A stretch of 63,545 nucleotides of DNA, filler included, from Thermodesulfobacteriota bacterium (GTDB lineage Bacteria; DASVDK01), in the NCBI GenBank assembly GCA_036381125.1. It is 7 parts of 7 records of this genome, joined end to end, with 100 filler letters (N's around TTAATTAATTAA, not from the genome) between each part and the next. Parts side by side here need not be neighbours in the genome. Positions count along the whole stretch, not along the records: positions 1 to 6,352 come from DASVDK010000057.1; positions 6,453 to 14,268 come from DASVDK010000060.1; 5 more parts are not named here. One strand, written 5' to 3'. The notes beneath the pieces are model-generated. The model searched no databases. It saw only the letters and a list, made by a program, of their open reading frames with translations, and was not told the origin of the DNA. Of this stretch, positions 1 to 9,578 are shown piece after piece; the first letter of the stretch is position 1; every line of letters starts with the position of its first letter. The translations under genes and the position numbers were made by a program.

Positions 1-101
1 GGCGTCTCGGGGGTCGCCGTCACCGGCGACCGGCTCATCCACTGGGCTACACGCATCGACTCCTCCACGCGCCCGGCCGCCTCGGCGCCGGGCGCCGCGC
101 G

Positions 102-557
102 TCACTTGACGACGAGCACCGGGATCTCGGCCGTGCGCACGACCCGCTCGGCGACGCTCCCCAGGAGCGCGCGACGAAGCCCCGTCCGGCCGTGCGTCCC
201 CATGACGATGAGGTCGGCCTTCGCCTCCGTGGCGGCCCGGACGATGGCGTCGGCCGCGGAGGCGCCGGCCTCCACCAGCGCGGTCGTCACCGGCACGCCG
301 CCCGCCTCGCGGCCGAACCGCTCGGCGAACGCCTCGAGGTCGCGGCGGGCCTGCTCGCGCATCGACACCTCGGCCGCCCTGAGGTCGTCCATCAGGCCGG
401 GCGCCACGCCGGCGGCGGAGTGCGTGAGGCCGACGAAGGCGTGCAGCACGTGCAGGCGCGCGCCCAGTCGCCCGGCGAGCCAGGCAGCCTGGGCGGCGGC
501 GGCCTCGCTGCCGGCCGAGAAATCGGTCGGTACGACGATGAGCGAGATGGTCTTCAT
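102..557 (-). CDS. Universal stress protein (UspA family)
   Basis: N-term IVVPTDFS; C-term DLIVMGTHGRTG..LLGSVAERVVR Usp motif; AGGAG RBS. Confidence 0.95.
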   Translation of the reverse strand: MKTISLIVVPTDFSAGSEAAAAQAAWLAGRLGARLHVLHAFVGLTHSAAGVAPGLMDDLRAAEVSMREQARRDLEAFAERFGREAGGVPVTTALVEAGASAADAIVRAATEAKADLIVMGTHGRTGLRRALLGSVAERVVRTAEIPVLVVK

Positions 558-605
558 GGCTCACTCCTTAGGAGTCGGAACGCCCGACTGCCGGGCACGC
601 AGCCG

Positions 606-1055
606 CTACGCGGTCTGCCCCGTGGTTGTCGACTCTCTGACGGTCAGGACCGGACAGGGAGAAGTCCGGACGATCCGCTCGGCGACGCTGCCGAGCAGCA
701 GCCGGCGCACGCCGCCTCGGCCGTGGGTGCCGACGACGACGAGGCTCGCCCCCTCGGCCTCGGCCGCCCGCACGATGGCGTCGGGCGTCGAGCCCCGGAG
801 CACCCGGGTGCGCGTCTCGATGCCGGCCGCCCGCCCCTCGGCCGCCCGGGCGGCGAGCTCGCGCTCGGCCCAGGCGATCTGCGCCTCGTACACGCGGTCC
901 AGGTCCGCCACCGGAACCTCGGGGCCGACGACGATGTCCTCGACGACGTGGACGATGAGGAGGTCCGCGCCGAGGAGCCGCGCCATGCGCATCGCCTCCC
1001 GGCGCGCCGCGTCGGCGCCGGTCGAGAAGTCGGTCGCGTGCAGGACGGTTGCCAT
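606..1055 (-). CDS. Universal stress protein (UspA family)
   Basis: VLHATDFS...LVVVGTHGRGG..LLGSVAERIVRTSPCPVL. Confidence 0.95.
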   Translation of the reverse strand: MATVLHATDFSTGADAARREAMRMARLLGADLLIVHVVEDIVVGPEVPVADLDRVYEAQIAWAERELAARAAEGRAAGIETRTRVLRGSTPDAIVRAAEAEGASLVVVGTHGRGGVRRLLLGSVAERIVRTSPCPVLTVRESTTTGQTA

Positions 1056-1057
1056 CG

Positions 1058-1534
1058 CTAGCGCCCCTCCGCCGGCCCGGCGCCGACGATGAGCACCGGC
1101 ACCGGCGCGTGCCGGATGACCTTCTCGGCGACGCTGCCCATGAAGAGGTGCGCGAGACCGGTGCGGCCGTGGGTCGACATGGCGATCGCGTCCGCGTCGG
1201 CGGCGGCCTGCGTGATCCGGTCGGCCGGCTGGCCCTCCTCGACGCGCACGCTCACGCCGAGGTCGCTGCGGCGCACCTGGCGCTTGACGCTCGCGAGGTA
1301 CCGCTCGGCCGCCTGGCGGGCCCGGGCCGTTGCCTCGCGCATCTCGCGCGCGACCCGCTCGGCGTCCCGGACGGTCGCCGTCTCGCCGGGGGGCATGGGC
1401 GGCATGACCATCTCCGGCTCGAGCACTTCGAAGAGGACGAGCTCGCCGCCCGGGGCAGCGATCCGCTCCGCGTGGGCGAGGGCACGCTCCGCGAGCGCCG
1501 AGCCGTCGAGCGGAACCAGTACACGGCGATACAT
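1058..1534 (-). CDS. Universal stress protein (UspA family)
   Basis: MYRRVLVPLDGS...AMSTHGRTG..FMGSVAEKVIRHAPVPVL; AAGGAG RBS. Confidence 0.95.
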   Translation of the reverse strand: MYRRVLVPLDGSALAERALAHAERIAAPGGELVLFEVLEPEMVMPPMPPGETATVRDAERVAREMREATARARQAAERYLASVKRQVRRSDLGVSVRVEEGQPADRITQAAADADAIAMSTHGRTGLAHLFMGSVAEKVIRHAPVPVLIVGAGPAEGR

Positions 1535-1588
1535 GGCGTCTCCTTCCCCGTATCGTTGCGGCCGCGATCGGCCGGCGACCGGTCTGAG

Positions 1589-1604
1589 TGCAAGCAGGAG
1601 GCCA
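1589..1604 (-). promoter_or_regulatory. sigma54 (-24/-12) promoter for the USP cluster
   Basis: Minus strand TGGCCTCCTGCTTGCA = GG-N10-GC with TTGCA, about 55 nt upstream of the first USP ATG; an NtrC-type activator is encoded nearby. Confidence 0.7.
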
Positions 1605-1756
1605 TATGGGCGCCCGGACTGAATCGCGTGTCGATACGGAGCCTTGGCGGCTATCGGCCGGAACGCCGGGTCCCGGCCGATGGGGCAGGCGTGTCCCGCC
1701 GCGGCGGGTCCGCCCCAGCGCGGGGCGTCAGGCGGGGAAGGATCGGACGGGAAGCG

Positions 1757-4723
1757 TCAGACGGGAAGTCCGACCCCGGGAAGCGCGATGGTGAAGGTCG
1801 CACCCTCCCCTTCGCGACTCTCGACCGTCATGACGCCGCCGTGGTCCTTGACGATCCCGAAGCTCACGGCGAGCCCGAGACCCGAACCGGTCGGCTTGGT
1901 CGTGAAGAACGGGTCGAAGATGCGGCCCTGGAGGTCGGCCGGGATGCCGGGGCCGGTGTCGGCCACGCGCAGGCGCACCCAGCCCGGCCGGTCGGGGTCG
2001 GCCGAGGTGGCGAGGCGGATCGCCCCGCCCCCCGTCATCGCCTCGCGGGCGTTGTTGACGAGGTTGAGGACGACCTGCGCGAGCTGGTTCACGTCGCCCA
2101 CCACGAGGGGGAGGTTCGCCCCGAGCTGCTTCTCGATGGTGATGTTCTCCGTGATCGCCTGCTTGCCGACGAGGAGGAGCATCTCGTCGACCACGACGTT
2201 GAGGTCGAGCGGCGCCTTGTGGCCCGGGGTCTTGCGGGCGTAGGAGAGGAGGCTGCGCGCGATGCGGGCGACGCGCTCGGCGTTGCGGCGCAGCACCCCG
2301 AGGTCGTCGCGCACCTCGGCCGGCAGCCCCGTCCGGTCGGCGTCCTCGATCATCAGCTCGATGCGCGACATGATGATGCCGATGGGGTTGTTGATCTCGT
2401 GGGCGACGCCGGCCGACAGGGTCCCGAGCACCGCGAGCTTGTCGGCCTGCTGCGCGGCCCGCTCGAGCGCCACCCGCTCGGTGATGTCCTCGAGCAGGAG
2501 GACCACCCCGTTGGGCCCCCCGCTGTCGCGCAGCAGGCTGCCGCGCACGTTGCGCACCGCCCGGCCGCCCGGCAGCCCGATCTGCTCCACCGCCTCGAGG
2601 ACGAACTCCTCCGCCCGGCCGCCGAGGAGCCGCTCGATGTCCGCGAGCGCGGCCTCGCCGCCGAGACAGGTGCCGAGGTCCCGATAGGACCGGCCGCGGG
2701 CCGACTCCGCGTCGAGACCGGCCTGCCGCGCCATGGCGTCGTTCCAGACCACCACCCGTCCCTCCCGGTCGAGCACGACCAGGCCGTCCCTCAGGCTCTC
2801 GACGACGTTGCGGATGTAGGCCTCGCGCGCCTGCGCCTCCTGGCCCATCCGGGCGAGCATGTCCGCCTGCCGGGCGAGCGCGCTCTCCGCCCGCTTGCGC
2901 TCGGAGACGTTGCGGATGATGACCGTGAACAGGCGCTGGCCGGCGATGTCGATCTGCGAGATGGAGGCCTCGATCGGGAACTCCACCCCGTCGGCGCGAA
3001 GCGCTCGGAGGTCGCCCGGGCGCCACATGGTGCGGCTCGTGACGCCGGTCTCGCCGAAGCGGCGGATGTGCTCGCGGTGCTCCGCCCGGAAGCGCTCGGG
3101 GATGAACCGGTCGAGCGGCTGGCCGATCGCCTCGGACGCCGGGATCTGGAACATCTGCTCGGCGGCGGCGTTGAAGAGGACGATGCGCTGCTCGGCGTCG
3201 ACGCTGATGATCGCGTCCATGGCCGAGCCGATGATGGCGGCCAGGCGGGCCTCGCTCCGCCGCAACGCCTCCTCCGCCTGCTTGCGCTCCGAGATGTCGC
3301 GCAGGATCACGGAGTAGAGCCGCTGGCCGCTCACGTCCATCTGCGAGATCGTCGCCTCGATGGGGAACTCCTCGCCGTCCATCCGGCGGGCGACGAGGAG
3401 CCCGGGGCTGCGCATCGACCGGCTCGTGACGCCGGTCTCGCCGAAGCGGCGGATGTGCTCGCGGTGCGGCGCCCGAAAACGGTCCGGGATGAGCAGGTCG
3501 AGCGGCCGGCCGATCACGTCGGCCGCCCGGCAGCGGAACGTCGCCTCGGCGGCGCGGTTGAAGACGGTGATGCGCTGCGCCTCGTCGATGGTGATGATGG
3601 CGTCCATCGCCGAGTCGATGATGCCGGCGAACCGCGCCTCGCTCTCGCGCAGGGCACGCTCGGCGGCCGCGCGGCCGAGCGCGCTCGCGAGCACGTTGGC
3701 GACCGACTGTACGAAGTGCGCGTGGTCCTCGGAGAAGCGCCGGCCGTCGGTCGCATGGGCGCCGAGGAGGCCGACCGGAGCCGGGTCGCCCGGGATGGCC
3801 ACGCTCACCCCGGAGACGGCGCCGTGCTCGACCAGGAGGGAGGGCGCGGGGAAGCGGGTCTCGGCCGCGAGGTCGTCCACGACGACCGGCCCCGGCGCCG
3901 CGAGGACCACGCCGCCGTACGAGCCGGGCCCGGCCGGGACGGTGGCGCTCCCGACGAGGCCGGCCCGCCAGCCGACGCCGGCCGCGAGCCTGAGCCGGTC
4001 CCCTCCGGCCTCGAGCATCAGGACGCACGCGTAGCGGGCGCCGAGCGTGTCGGCGACCTGCGCGGCGGCGTGGGTCATGAGCGCCTCGAGGTCCCCGCCG
4101 GCGAGCGCCCGCTGTCCGATCTCCGCGACGACCGCCTGCTGCCGCGCGTGGAGCGCGAGGCTCTCCTCGGCCTGCCGCCGCTGCGTGAGGTCGTGCATGA
4201 TCCGGGCGAAGCCGACGAGGGTGCCGCCCCCGTCCCGGACGGGGGTCGTCACGACGCCGGCCCAGAAGCGCGAGCCGTCGGCCCGGACCCGCCACCCCTC
4301 CTCCTCGTACCGCCCGCGCTCGGCCGCCGCCGCGAGGCCGCGGGCCGGGCGCCCGGCCGCGGCCTCCGCCTCGGTGTAGAAGCGGGCCATCGGGCGGCCG
4401 ATCACCTCCTCGGCGCGGTAGCCGAGGATCCGCTCGGCGCCGGCGTTCCACGTCGTGACGCGGCCCGCCGTGTCCACCATGTAGATGGCGTAGTCCTGGA
4501 CGCCGTCCATGAGGAGCCGGAAGCGCGTCTCGCTCGCCTCGAGGGTCGCCTCCTGGCGCCGCGCCCGGACGAAGCTCGCCGCGACCACGGCCGCCATGGC
4601 GCCGCTCAGGACCGCGACGAGGCGAGGCCCGGCGCCCGGCACGAAGCTGTCGAAGAGGAAGGTGACGGCCGACGCGGCGGCGAACGCGAGGACGACGAGC
4701 GCGTAACCGGCCCTGCGGCTCAT
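1757..4723 (-). CDS. Membrane-anchored PAS/GAF sensor histidine kinase (NtrB-like)
   Basis: Start MSRRAGY at 4723 overlaps the upstream stop (ATGA); 2 TM segments, PAS, GAF, 2 duplicated PAS, PAS; H-box GVAHEINNP, NLVNNAREA, DTGPG, FFTTK, GSGLGL. Confidence 0.92.
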   Translation of the reverse strand: MSRRAGYALVVLAFAAASAVTFLFDSFVPGAGPRLVAVLSGAMAAVVAASFVRARRQEATLEASETRFRLLMDGVQDYAIYMVDTAGRVTTWNAGAERILGYRAEEVIGRPMARFYTEAEAAAGRPARGLAAAAERGRYEEEGWRVRADGSRFWAGVVTTPVRDGGGTLVGFARIMHDLTQRRQAEESLALHARQQAVVAEIGQRALAGGDLEALMTHAAAQVADTLGARYACVLMLEAGGDRLRLAAGVGWRAGLVGSATVPAGPGSYGGVVLAAPGPVVVDDLAAETRFPAPSLLVEHGAVSGVSVAIPGDPAPVGLLGAHATDGRRFSEDHAHFVQSVANVLASALGRAAAERALRESEARFAGIIDSAMDAIITIDEAQRITVFNRAAEATFRCRAADVIGRPLDLLIPDRFRAPHREHIRRFGETGVTSRSMRSPGLLVARRMDGEEFPIEATISQMDVSGQRLYSVILRDISERKQAEEALRRSEARLAAIIGSAMDAIISVDAEQRIVLFNAAAEQMFQIPASEAIGQPLDRFIPERFRAEHREHIRRFGETGVTSRTMWRPGDLRALRADGVEFPIEASISQIDIAGQRLFTVIIRNVSERKRAESALARQADMLARMGQEAQAREAYIRNVVESLRDGLVVLDREGRVVVWNDAMARQAGLDAESARGRSYRDLGTCLGGEAALADIERLLGGRAEEFVLEAVEQIGLPGGRAVRNVRGSLLRDSGGPNGVVLLLEDITERVALERAAQQADKLAVLGTLSAGVAHEINNPIGIIMSRIELMIEDADRTGLPAEVRDDLGVLRRNAERVARIARSLLSYARKTPGHKAPLDLNVVVDEMLLLVGKQAITENITIEKQLGANLPLVVGDVNQLAQVVLNLVNNAREAMTGGGAIRLATSADPDRPGWVRLRVADTGPGIPADLQGRIFDPFFTTKPTGSGLGLAVSFGIVKDHGGVMTVESREGEGATFTIALPGVGLPV

Positions 4724-6111
4724 TGCAGCGTGATGCGGTACTTCGTCATCAGCCGGTGGATCGTCTTGCGATCGATCCCCGCGGCCCTGGCCGCCTGGGA
4801 GATGTTGCCGCCGTGCTGCTTGAGGAGCTCCACGAGGTAGGCCTGCTCGAACGTCCTGATCCACTCGGCCTTGGCCGCCTTGAGGGGCCGGTCGACCGCG
4901 GGGGCGGCGTCGGCCGGCACGCGGACCTGCCGCGACGCCCGGAGCGGCTCGGGGAGGTCGCGCGGCGTGAGGAGCGGTCCCTCGGCCAGCGCGCAGGCCC
5001 GCTCGATGACGTTCTGCAGCTCCCGGACGTTGCCGGGCCAGGAGTGGCGCTCGAGCAGCTCGAGCGTCTCCGGCGCGATCCCCTCGAGCGGCCGCTCGCT
5101 CCGCCGGGCGTACCGCTTGAGGAAGTGGTACGCCAGGAGCGCCACGTCCCCCTTGCGCTCCCTGAGCGGCGGCAGCGGGATCGGGATGACGTTGATCCGG
5201 TAGAAGAGGTCCTCGCGGAACCGGCCCGCCGCCACCTCCGCCTCGAGGTCGCGGTTGGTGGCCGAGACGACCCGGACGTCCACGTCGATCATCCGCGTGC
5301 CGCCGACCCGGCGCACCTGCCGCTCCTGGATGGCCCGCAGGAGCTTCGCCTGGAGCCCCAGGGGGATCTCGCCGATCTCGTCGAGGAAGAGGGTGCCGCC
5401 GCTGGCCGCCTCGAAGAGCCCCGGCTTCGACCGGACGGCGCCGGTGAAGGCCCCCCGCTCGTGCCCGAAGAGCTCGCTCTCGAGGAGGTTCTCGGGGAGC
5501 GACGCGCAGTCGACCGGCACGAACGCGTGCGCCGACCTCGGGCTGTTGGCGTGGATCGCCCGGGCGATCAGCTCCTTGCCGGTCCCCGACTCGCCCTGGA
5601 CGAGGATGTTCGCCTCGGAGCGGGCGGCCTTGCGGACCAGCTCGAGGACGGCGACGATCGCGGAGCTCTTGCCGGCCAGCCCGTCGACCGAGAAGGTGCT
5701 CTGGAGCTGGTCCCTGAGCCGCCGGTTCTCCATGACGAGGCGCCGCTGGCGCAGCGCGCGCTCGACCGCCAGGCGCAGCTCGTCGACGCCGAACGGCTTG
5801 GCGACGTAGTCCCACGCGCCCGCCTTCACGGCCGCGACGGCCGACTCCACGGTGGCGTGCGCGGTGATGACGAGCACGACCGCCTCCGGGTCCAGCTCCC
5901 GGGCCCGCGCGAGCACGCCGAGACCGTCCACCTTCGGCATCTTGAGGTCGGTGAGCACCACGTCGGGGCGCTCGTCCTCGAGGAGCCTGAGGCCCATCTC
6001 GGCGTCGGTGGCGGTGAGGCAGGTGACGCCGCCGCGCTCGAGGAGCCGCTGGCAGTTCACGACCATGTCCGCCTCGTCGTCGATGACGAGGACCCGTCCC
6101 TTCTCCGTCAT
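4720..6111 (-). CDS. sigma54-dependent response regulator (NtrC/AtoC family)
   Basis: Receiver domain (VLVIDDE, DLKMP), GESGTGKE, GAFTGA, WPGNVRELQN, C-terminal Fis HTH; GAGGGG RBS before ATG 6111. Confidence 0.95.
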   Translation of the reverse strand: MTEKGRVLVIDDEADMVVNCQRLLERGGVTCLTATDAEMGLRLLEDERPDVVLTDLKMPKVDGLGVLARARELDPEAVVLVITAHATVESAVAAVKAGAWDYVAKPFGVDELRLAVERALRQRRLVMENRRLRDQLQSTFSVDGLAGKSSAIVAVLELVRKAARSEANILVQGESGTGKELIARAIHANSPRSAHAFVPVDCASLPENLLESELFGHERGAFTGAVRSKPGLFEAASGGTLFLDEIGEIPLGLQAKLLRAIQERQVRRVGGTRMIDVDVRVVSATNRDLEAEVAAGRFREDLFYRINVIPIPLPPLRERKGDVALLAYHFLKRYARRSERPLEGIAPETLELLERHSWPGNVRELQNVIERACALAEGPLLTPRDLPEPLRASRQVRVPADAAPAVDRPLKAAKAEWIRTFEQAYLVELLKQHGGNISQAARAAGIDRKTIHRLMTKYRITLQ

Positions 6112-6188
6112 CCCCCCCTCGTACGTCTCGAGATCAGCCTCCAATGGTAGCCGGAAGGGCCGGCGCTCGCACGAACCCCTCCCGCTCG

Positions 6189-6352
6189 TCAGGCGCCGCG
6201 GACGAGGATGACCGTGCGATCGCTCCGCCGGAAGACCTCCTCGGCGGCGCTGCCGAGGAGGACCCGCTCGACGGCGGGGCGGGACCGGGTGGCCATGACG
6301 ATGAGGTCGGCGCCGACGTCCTGCGCCTCGGCGAGGATCTCCTCGGCCGGAT
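6189..6352 (-). CDS. Universal stress protein, C-terminal part (cut by gap; absent from the ORF track)
   Basis: Manual translation PAEEILAEAQDVGADLIVMATRSRPAVERVLLGSAAEEVFRRSDRTVILVRGA*. Confidence 0.85.
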
Positions 6353-6452
6353 NNNNNNNNNNNNNNNNNNNNNNNNNNNNNNNNNNNNNNNNNNNNTTAA
6401 TTAATTAANNNNNNNNNNNNNNNNNNNNNNNNNNNNNNNNNNNNNNNNNNNN
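6353..6452. other. Assembly linker (N44-TTAATTAATTAA-N44)
   Basis: 100-nt N run with a six-frame stop linker. Confidence 0.99.
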
Positions 6453-6662
6453 GGCTTCAACGCCCAGGCCGAGCGGTACGAGGACCTGGTCGAGGCGGGC
6501 GTGATCGACCCGACCAAGGTCTCGCGCGTGGCGCTGCAGAACGCCGCCTCGGTCGCCTCGCTCATGCTCACCACCGAGGCGATGGTCGCCGAGCTGCCCA
6601 GGGAGGAGAAGGGCCACGGTCACCCGGGAGGCGGCATGGGGGACATGGGCGGCATGATGTAA
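6453..6662 (+). CDS. groL: Chaperonin GroEL, C-terminal fragment
   Basis: [43 protein letters not shown]...[11 protein letters not shown]. Confidence 0.97.
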   Translation, partial: GFNAQAERYEDLVEAGVIDPTKVSRVALQNAASVASLMLTTEAMVAELPREEKGHGHPGGGMGDMGGMM

Positions 6663-6685
6663 GGCGCCCTCCCGCCGGTTGCATC

Positions 6686-6724
6686 GCGGCCCGGTCCCCG
6701 GCAGGGGGCCGGGCCGCTGTTTTT
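6686..6724 (+). terminator. Rho-independent terminator after groEL
   Basis: GCGGCCCGGTCCCC/GGGGCCGGGCCGC stem followed by TGTTTTT. Confidence 0.85.
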
Positions 6725-6740
6725 CGTGCATAATCCTCTC

Positions 6741-8087
6741 ATGCCTGCCGATCTCCTCGCCCGCCTCCTGACCGACCTGCCAGCCGCGGTCCGGGCCGTC
6801 GACTCGGGGGCGGTCACGAGCTTCGACCTCGTGGAGGCCGCGCTCGAGCGGGCGGCCGCCTGGGAGCCGCGCATCCACGCCTTCGCGTGGCTCGACCCGG
6901 CGCGCGCCCGCCGCCTCGCGTCGGACGCCGACCGCGCGCGCATGCGGGGGGCGGCGCTCGGCCCGCTCCACGGCGTACCGATCGCCCTCAAGGACATCAT
7001 CGATACGGCCGGCGTCCCGACCGAGAACGGCACGGCGCTGCACAGGGGGCGCGTGCCGGAGCGTTCGGCCGAGGCGGCGCTTGCCGTGGAGAGAGCCGGG
7101 GCCATCGTCCTCGGCAAGACCGTGACCACCGAGTGCGCCTATTTCCACCCGGGCCCCACCCGCAACCCCTGGAACCCCGAGCGGACGCCCGGCGGCTCGT
7201 CGATGGGGTCGGCGGCGGCCGTGGCGGCCGGGATCGTGCCGGCCGCGGTCGGCTCCCAGACGAGCGGCTCGGTGATCCGCCCGGCCACCTTCTGCGGCGT
7301 GGTCGGCTTCAAGCCGAGCTACTCGCGCATCCCCATCACCGGCGTCCTCCCCTTCGCGCCGACGCTCGACACCCTCGGCACCTTCGCCCGGTCGGTCGAG
7401 GGGGCCGCCTGGCTCGCCGCCGTCCTGGCCGGCGACGCACCCGACGCGTGGGCGCCCCTCCAGGGCGCGGCCGCGGCCGAGATGGCGGCGCCCCGCTTCG
7501 CCGTGGTCAGGCTGTCCGACTGGGAGGCGGCGCAACCGGCCATGCGCGAGCGGTTCGAGGCCGACGTGGCGGCGCTCCGCGCCGCGGGGGCGGCGGTGGA
7601 GACCCCCCCGCCCCCCGAGGGGCTCGAGGAGGCGCGCTGGGTTCAGCGGACGATCATGGCCTACGAGGGCGCGAGGGGGCTGGGCCCGATGTTCGCGCAG
7701 GCGCCGTCGCTCGCCAGCGCCGCACTGCGCGCTCTCGTCAACGAGGGGGAGAGCATCCCGCCGGTGGTCTACGAGACCGCCCTCAGAGACCGGGAGCGGC
7801 TCATCGACGCGTTCGCCGCCTGGATCGAGCCGTACGACGCCGTCCTCACCATCCCGACCCTCGGCGAGGCCCCCTCGCCGGAGACCACCGGCGACCCGCG
7901 CGCGAACGCCCGCTGGACCCTCCTCGGCGTCCCCGCAGTGACGCTCCCGACCGGTCTCGGCCCCTCGGGGCTGCCGCTCGGGCTCCAGATCGTCGGCGCC
8001 CCGGGCGACGACCGGCGCCTCCTCGCCGTGGCGGCCTGGGCCGAGCAGCGGAGGCCCGCGCCCGGCGCTCCTGCCCTGCCTCGGTAG
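6741..8087 (+). CDS. Amidase signature family protein
   Basis: GPLHGVPIALKD, TPGGSSMGSAAAV, GSQTSGSVIRPATFCG (Ser-cisSer-Lys triad). Confidence 0.92.
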   Translation: MPADLLARLLTDLPAAVRAVDSGAVTSFDLVEAALERAAAWEPRIHAFAWLDPARARRLASDADRARMRGAALGPLHGVPIALKDIIDTAGVPTENGTALHRGRVPERSAEAALAVERAGAIVLGKTVTTECAYFHPGPTRNPWNPERTPGGSSMGSAAAVAAGIVPAAVGSQTSGSVIRPATFCGVVGFKPSYSRIPITGVLPFAPTLDTLGTFARSVEGAAWLAAVLAGDAPDAWAPLQGAAAAEMAAPRFAVVRLSDWEAAQPAMRERFEADVAALRAAGAAVETPPPPEGLEEARWVQRTIMAYEGARGLGPMFAQAPSLASAALRALVNEGESIPPVVYETALRDRERLIDAFAAWIEPYDAVLTIPTLGEAPSPETTGDPRANARWTLLGVPAVTLPTGLGPSGLPLGLQIVGAPGDDRRLLAVAAWAEQRRPAPGAPALPR

Positions 8088-8209
8088 GGGCGGCGCGGCG
8101 CCCGGAGCGCCCGTTTGGCGGCCCGGCGCACGTACGGCTTGACAGCCGGCCCGGTGCACGCGACCGTAAGGGACACCGTTTTCGTCGTCACCGGGGGAGA
8201 GGCTGCTCG

Positions 8210-9301
8210 ATGGAAGTCCGTCTGTCGGGGCTCGAGAAGTCGTTCGGCAAGGGCGTCATGGCGGTTCGGACGCTCGACCTCACCATACCGTCGGGAGAGT
8301 TCGTGACGCTCGTCGGGCCGTCGGGGTGCGGCAAGACGACCACGCTGCGCATGATCGCCGGCCTGGAGCAGCCCACGGCCGGCCGGATCCTCTTCGGCGA
8401 CCAGGACGTGACCGACCTGCAGCCGGCCGACCGGAACATCGCCATGGTGTTCCAGAACTACGCCCTCTACCCGCACATGACGGTCCAGAAGAACCTCGGC
8501 TTCGGGCTCAAGGTGCGGGGGACGCCCCGGCCGGAGATCGAGCGACGGGTCGCCGAGACGGCGAAGGTGCTCGAGATCGACGCCTACCTGGCCCGCCGGC
8601 CCCGCGAGCTGTCGGGCGGCCAGCGGCAGCGCGTGGCGCTCGGCCGCGCCATGGTCCGCAACCCGTCGCTCTTCCTCATGGACGAACCGCTCTCGAACCT
8701 CGACGCCAGGCTGCGCGTCACCATGCGGACCGAGCTCAAGCGCCTCCACCTCGAGCTCAAGACGACCACGGTCTACGTCACGCACGACCAGCTCGAGGCG
8801 ATGACGATGTCCGATCGCGTGGCGGTCATGAACCAGGGCGTCCTGCAGCAGTACGCGCCGCCGCACGAGCTGTACGAGAAGCCGGCGAACACGTTCGTGG
8901 CCGGGTTCATCGGCTCGCCCCCGATGAACTTCTTCCCGGCGGCGGTCGAGTCGGCCCCGTCCGGGCTCACCCTGCGCGCGGCCGGAGGCACGGTCGCCCT
9001 CCCGCCCGAGGTCGCCGCGGCGCTCGCGCGCGGCCCGCGGCGCGACACCGTCACCGTCGGCGCCCGGCCGGAGCACCTGCGGCTCGTGGCCCCCGGCTCG
9101 GCCGGGGCGCTGCCGGCGCACGTGTTCGTCGTCGAGCCGGTCGGGGCGGAGACGTTCGTCACGCTCACGCTCGACGGCACCCGGCTCGTGGCGCGCGTCG
9201 ACGGCGACCGGTCCGTCGCGGTCGACACCGCGATGGGCGTCAGCATCGACCCGCGCAAGCTCCACCTCTTCGACCCGGAGACCGGCGCCGCCATCCGCTA
9301 G
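8210..9301 (+). CDS. MalK/UgpC-type sugar ABC transporter ATPase
   Basis: GPSGCGKT, LSGGQRQR, DEPLSNLD, YVTHDQ, C-terminal TOBE region. Confidence 0.95.
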   Translation: MEVRLSGLEKSFGKGVMAVRTLDLTIPSGEFVTLVGPSGCGKTTTLRMIAGLEQPTAGRILFGDQDVTDLQPADRNIAMVFQNYALYPHMTVQKNLGFGLKVRGTPRPEIERRVAETAKVLEIDAYLARRPRELSGGQRQRVALGRAMVRNPSLFLMDEPLSNLDARLRVTMRTELKRLHLELKTTTVYVTHDQLEAMTMSDRVAVMNQGVLQQYAPPHELYEKPANTFVAGFIGSPPMNFFPAAVESAPSGLTLRAAGGTVALPPEVAAALARGPRRDTVTVGARPEHLRLVAPGSAGALPAHVFVVEPVGAETFVTLTLDGTRLVARVDGDRSVAVDTAMGVSIDPRKLHLFDPETGAAIR

Positions 9302-9323
9302 CCGCTGGCACGTAGCGGGAATG

Positions 9324-9540
9324 CGCCCCCGCGAAGCGGGGGCCGGGCCGCAGGCCCGAGCGCCGCGACGCCGGTGCGTGGGCGGCACGCGAGGACGGGA
9401 ACCGATCCTCGACGCCCCGCGAAGCGGGGCCCGGGCGTTAGCCCGGCGCGCCGGCAGTGCGGCCCGTGGGCGGCACGCGAGGACGGGAGCCGATCCTCGG
9501 CGCGCGAAGCGGGGCCCGGGCGTTAGCCCGGCGCGCCGGC
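9324..9540. repeat. Intergenic REP/BIME-like tandem repeat (2 full ~78-bp units plus 1 partial)
   Basis: Near-identical copies at 9377-9455 and 9465-9540; GCGAAGC-centred motif at 9331, 9419 and 9504. Confidence 0.8.
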
Positions 9541-9578
9541 TGGCGCCCGCGGCCGCGGCCGTGCTACAAGGACGGCCC

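Noticed and set aside
4724-5815. N-terminal extension of the 1352-aa kinase ORF
   Set aside because: It overlaps the NtrC gene out of frame; the real start at 4723 shows ATGA coupling
6620-6662. GGM repeat coding sequence
   Set aside because: Normal GroEL C-terminal tail
6741-8087. Calling the amidase gatA
   Set aside because: No gatB/gatC neighbours, and the motif is GSQTSGS rather than GSDTGGS
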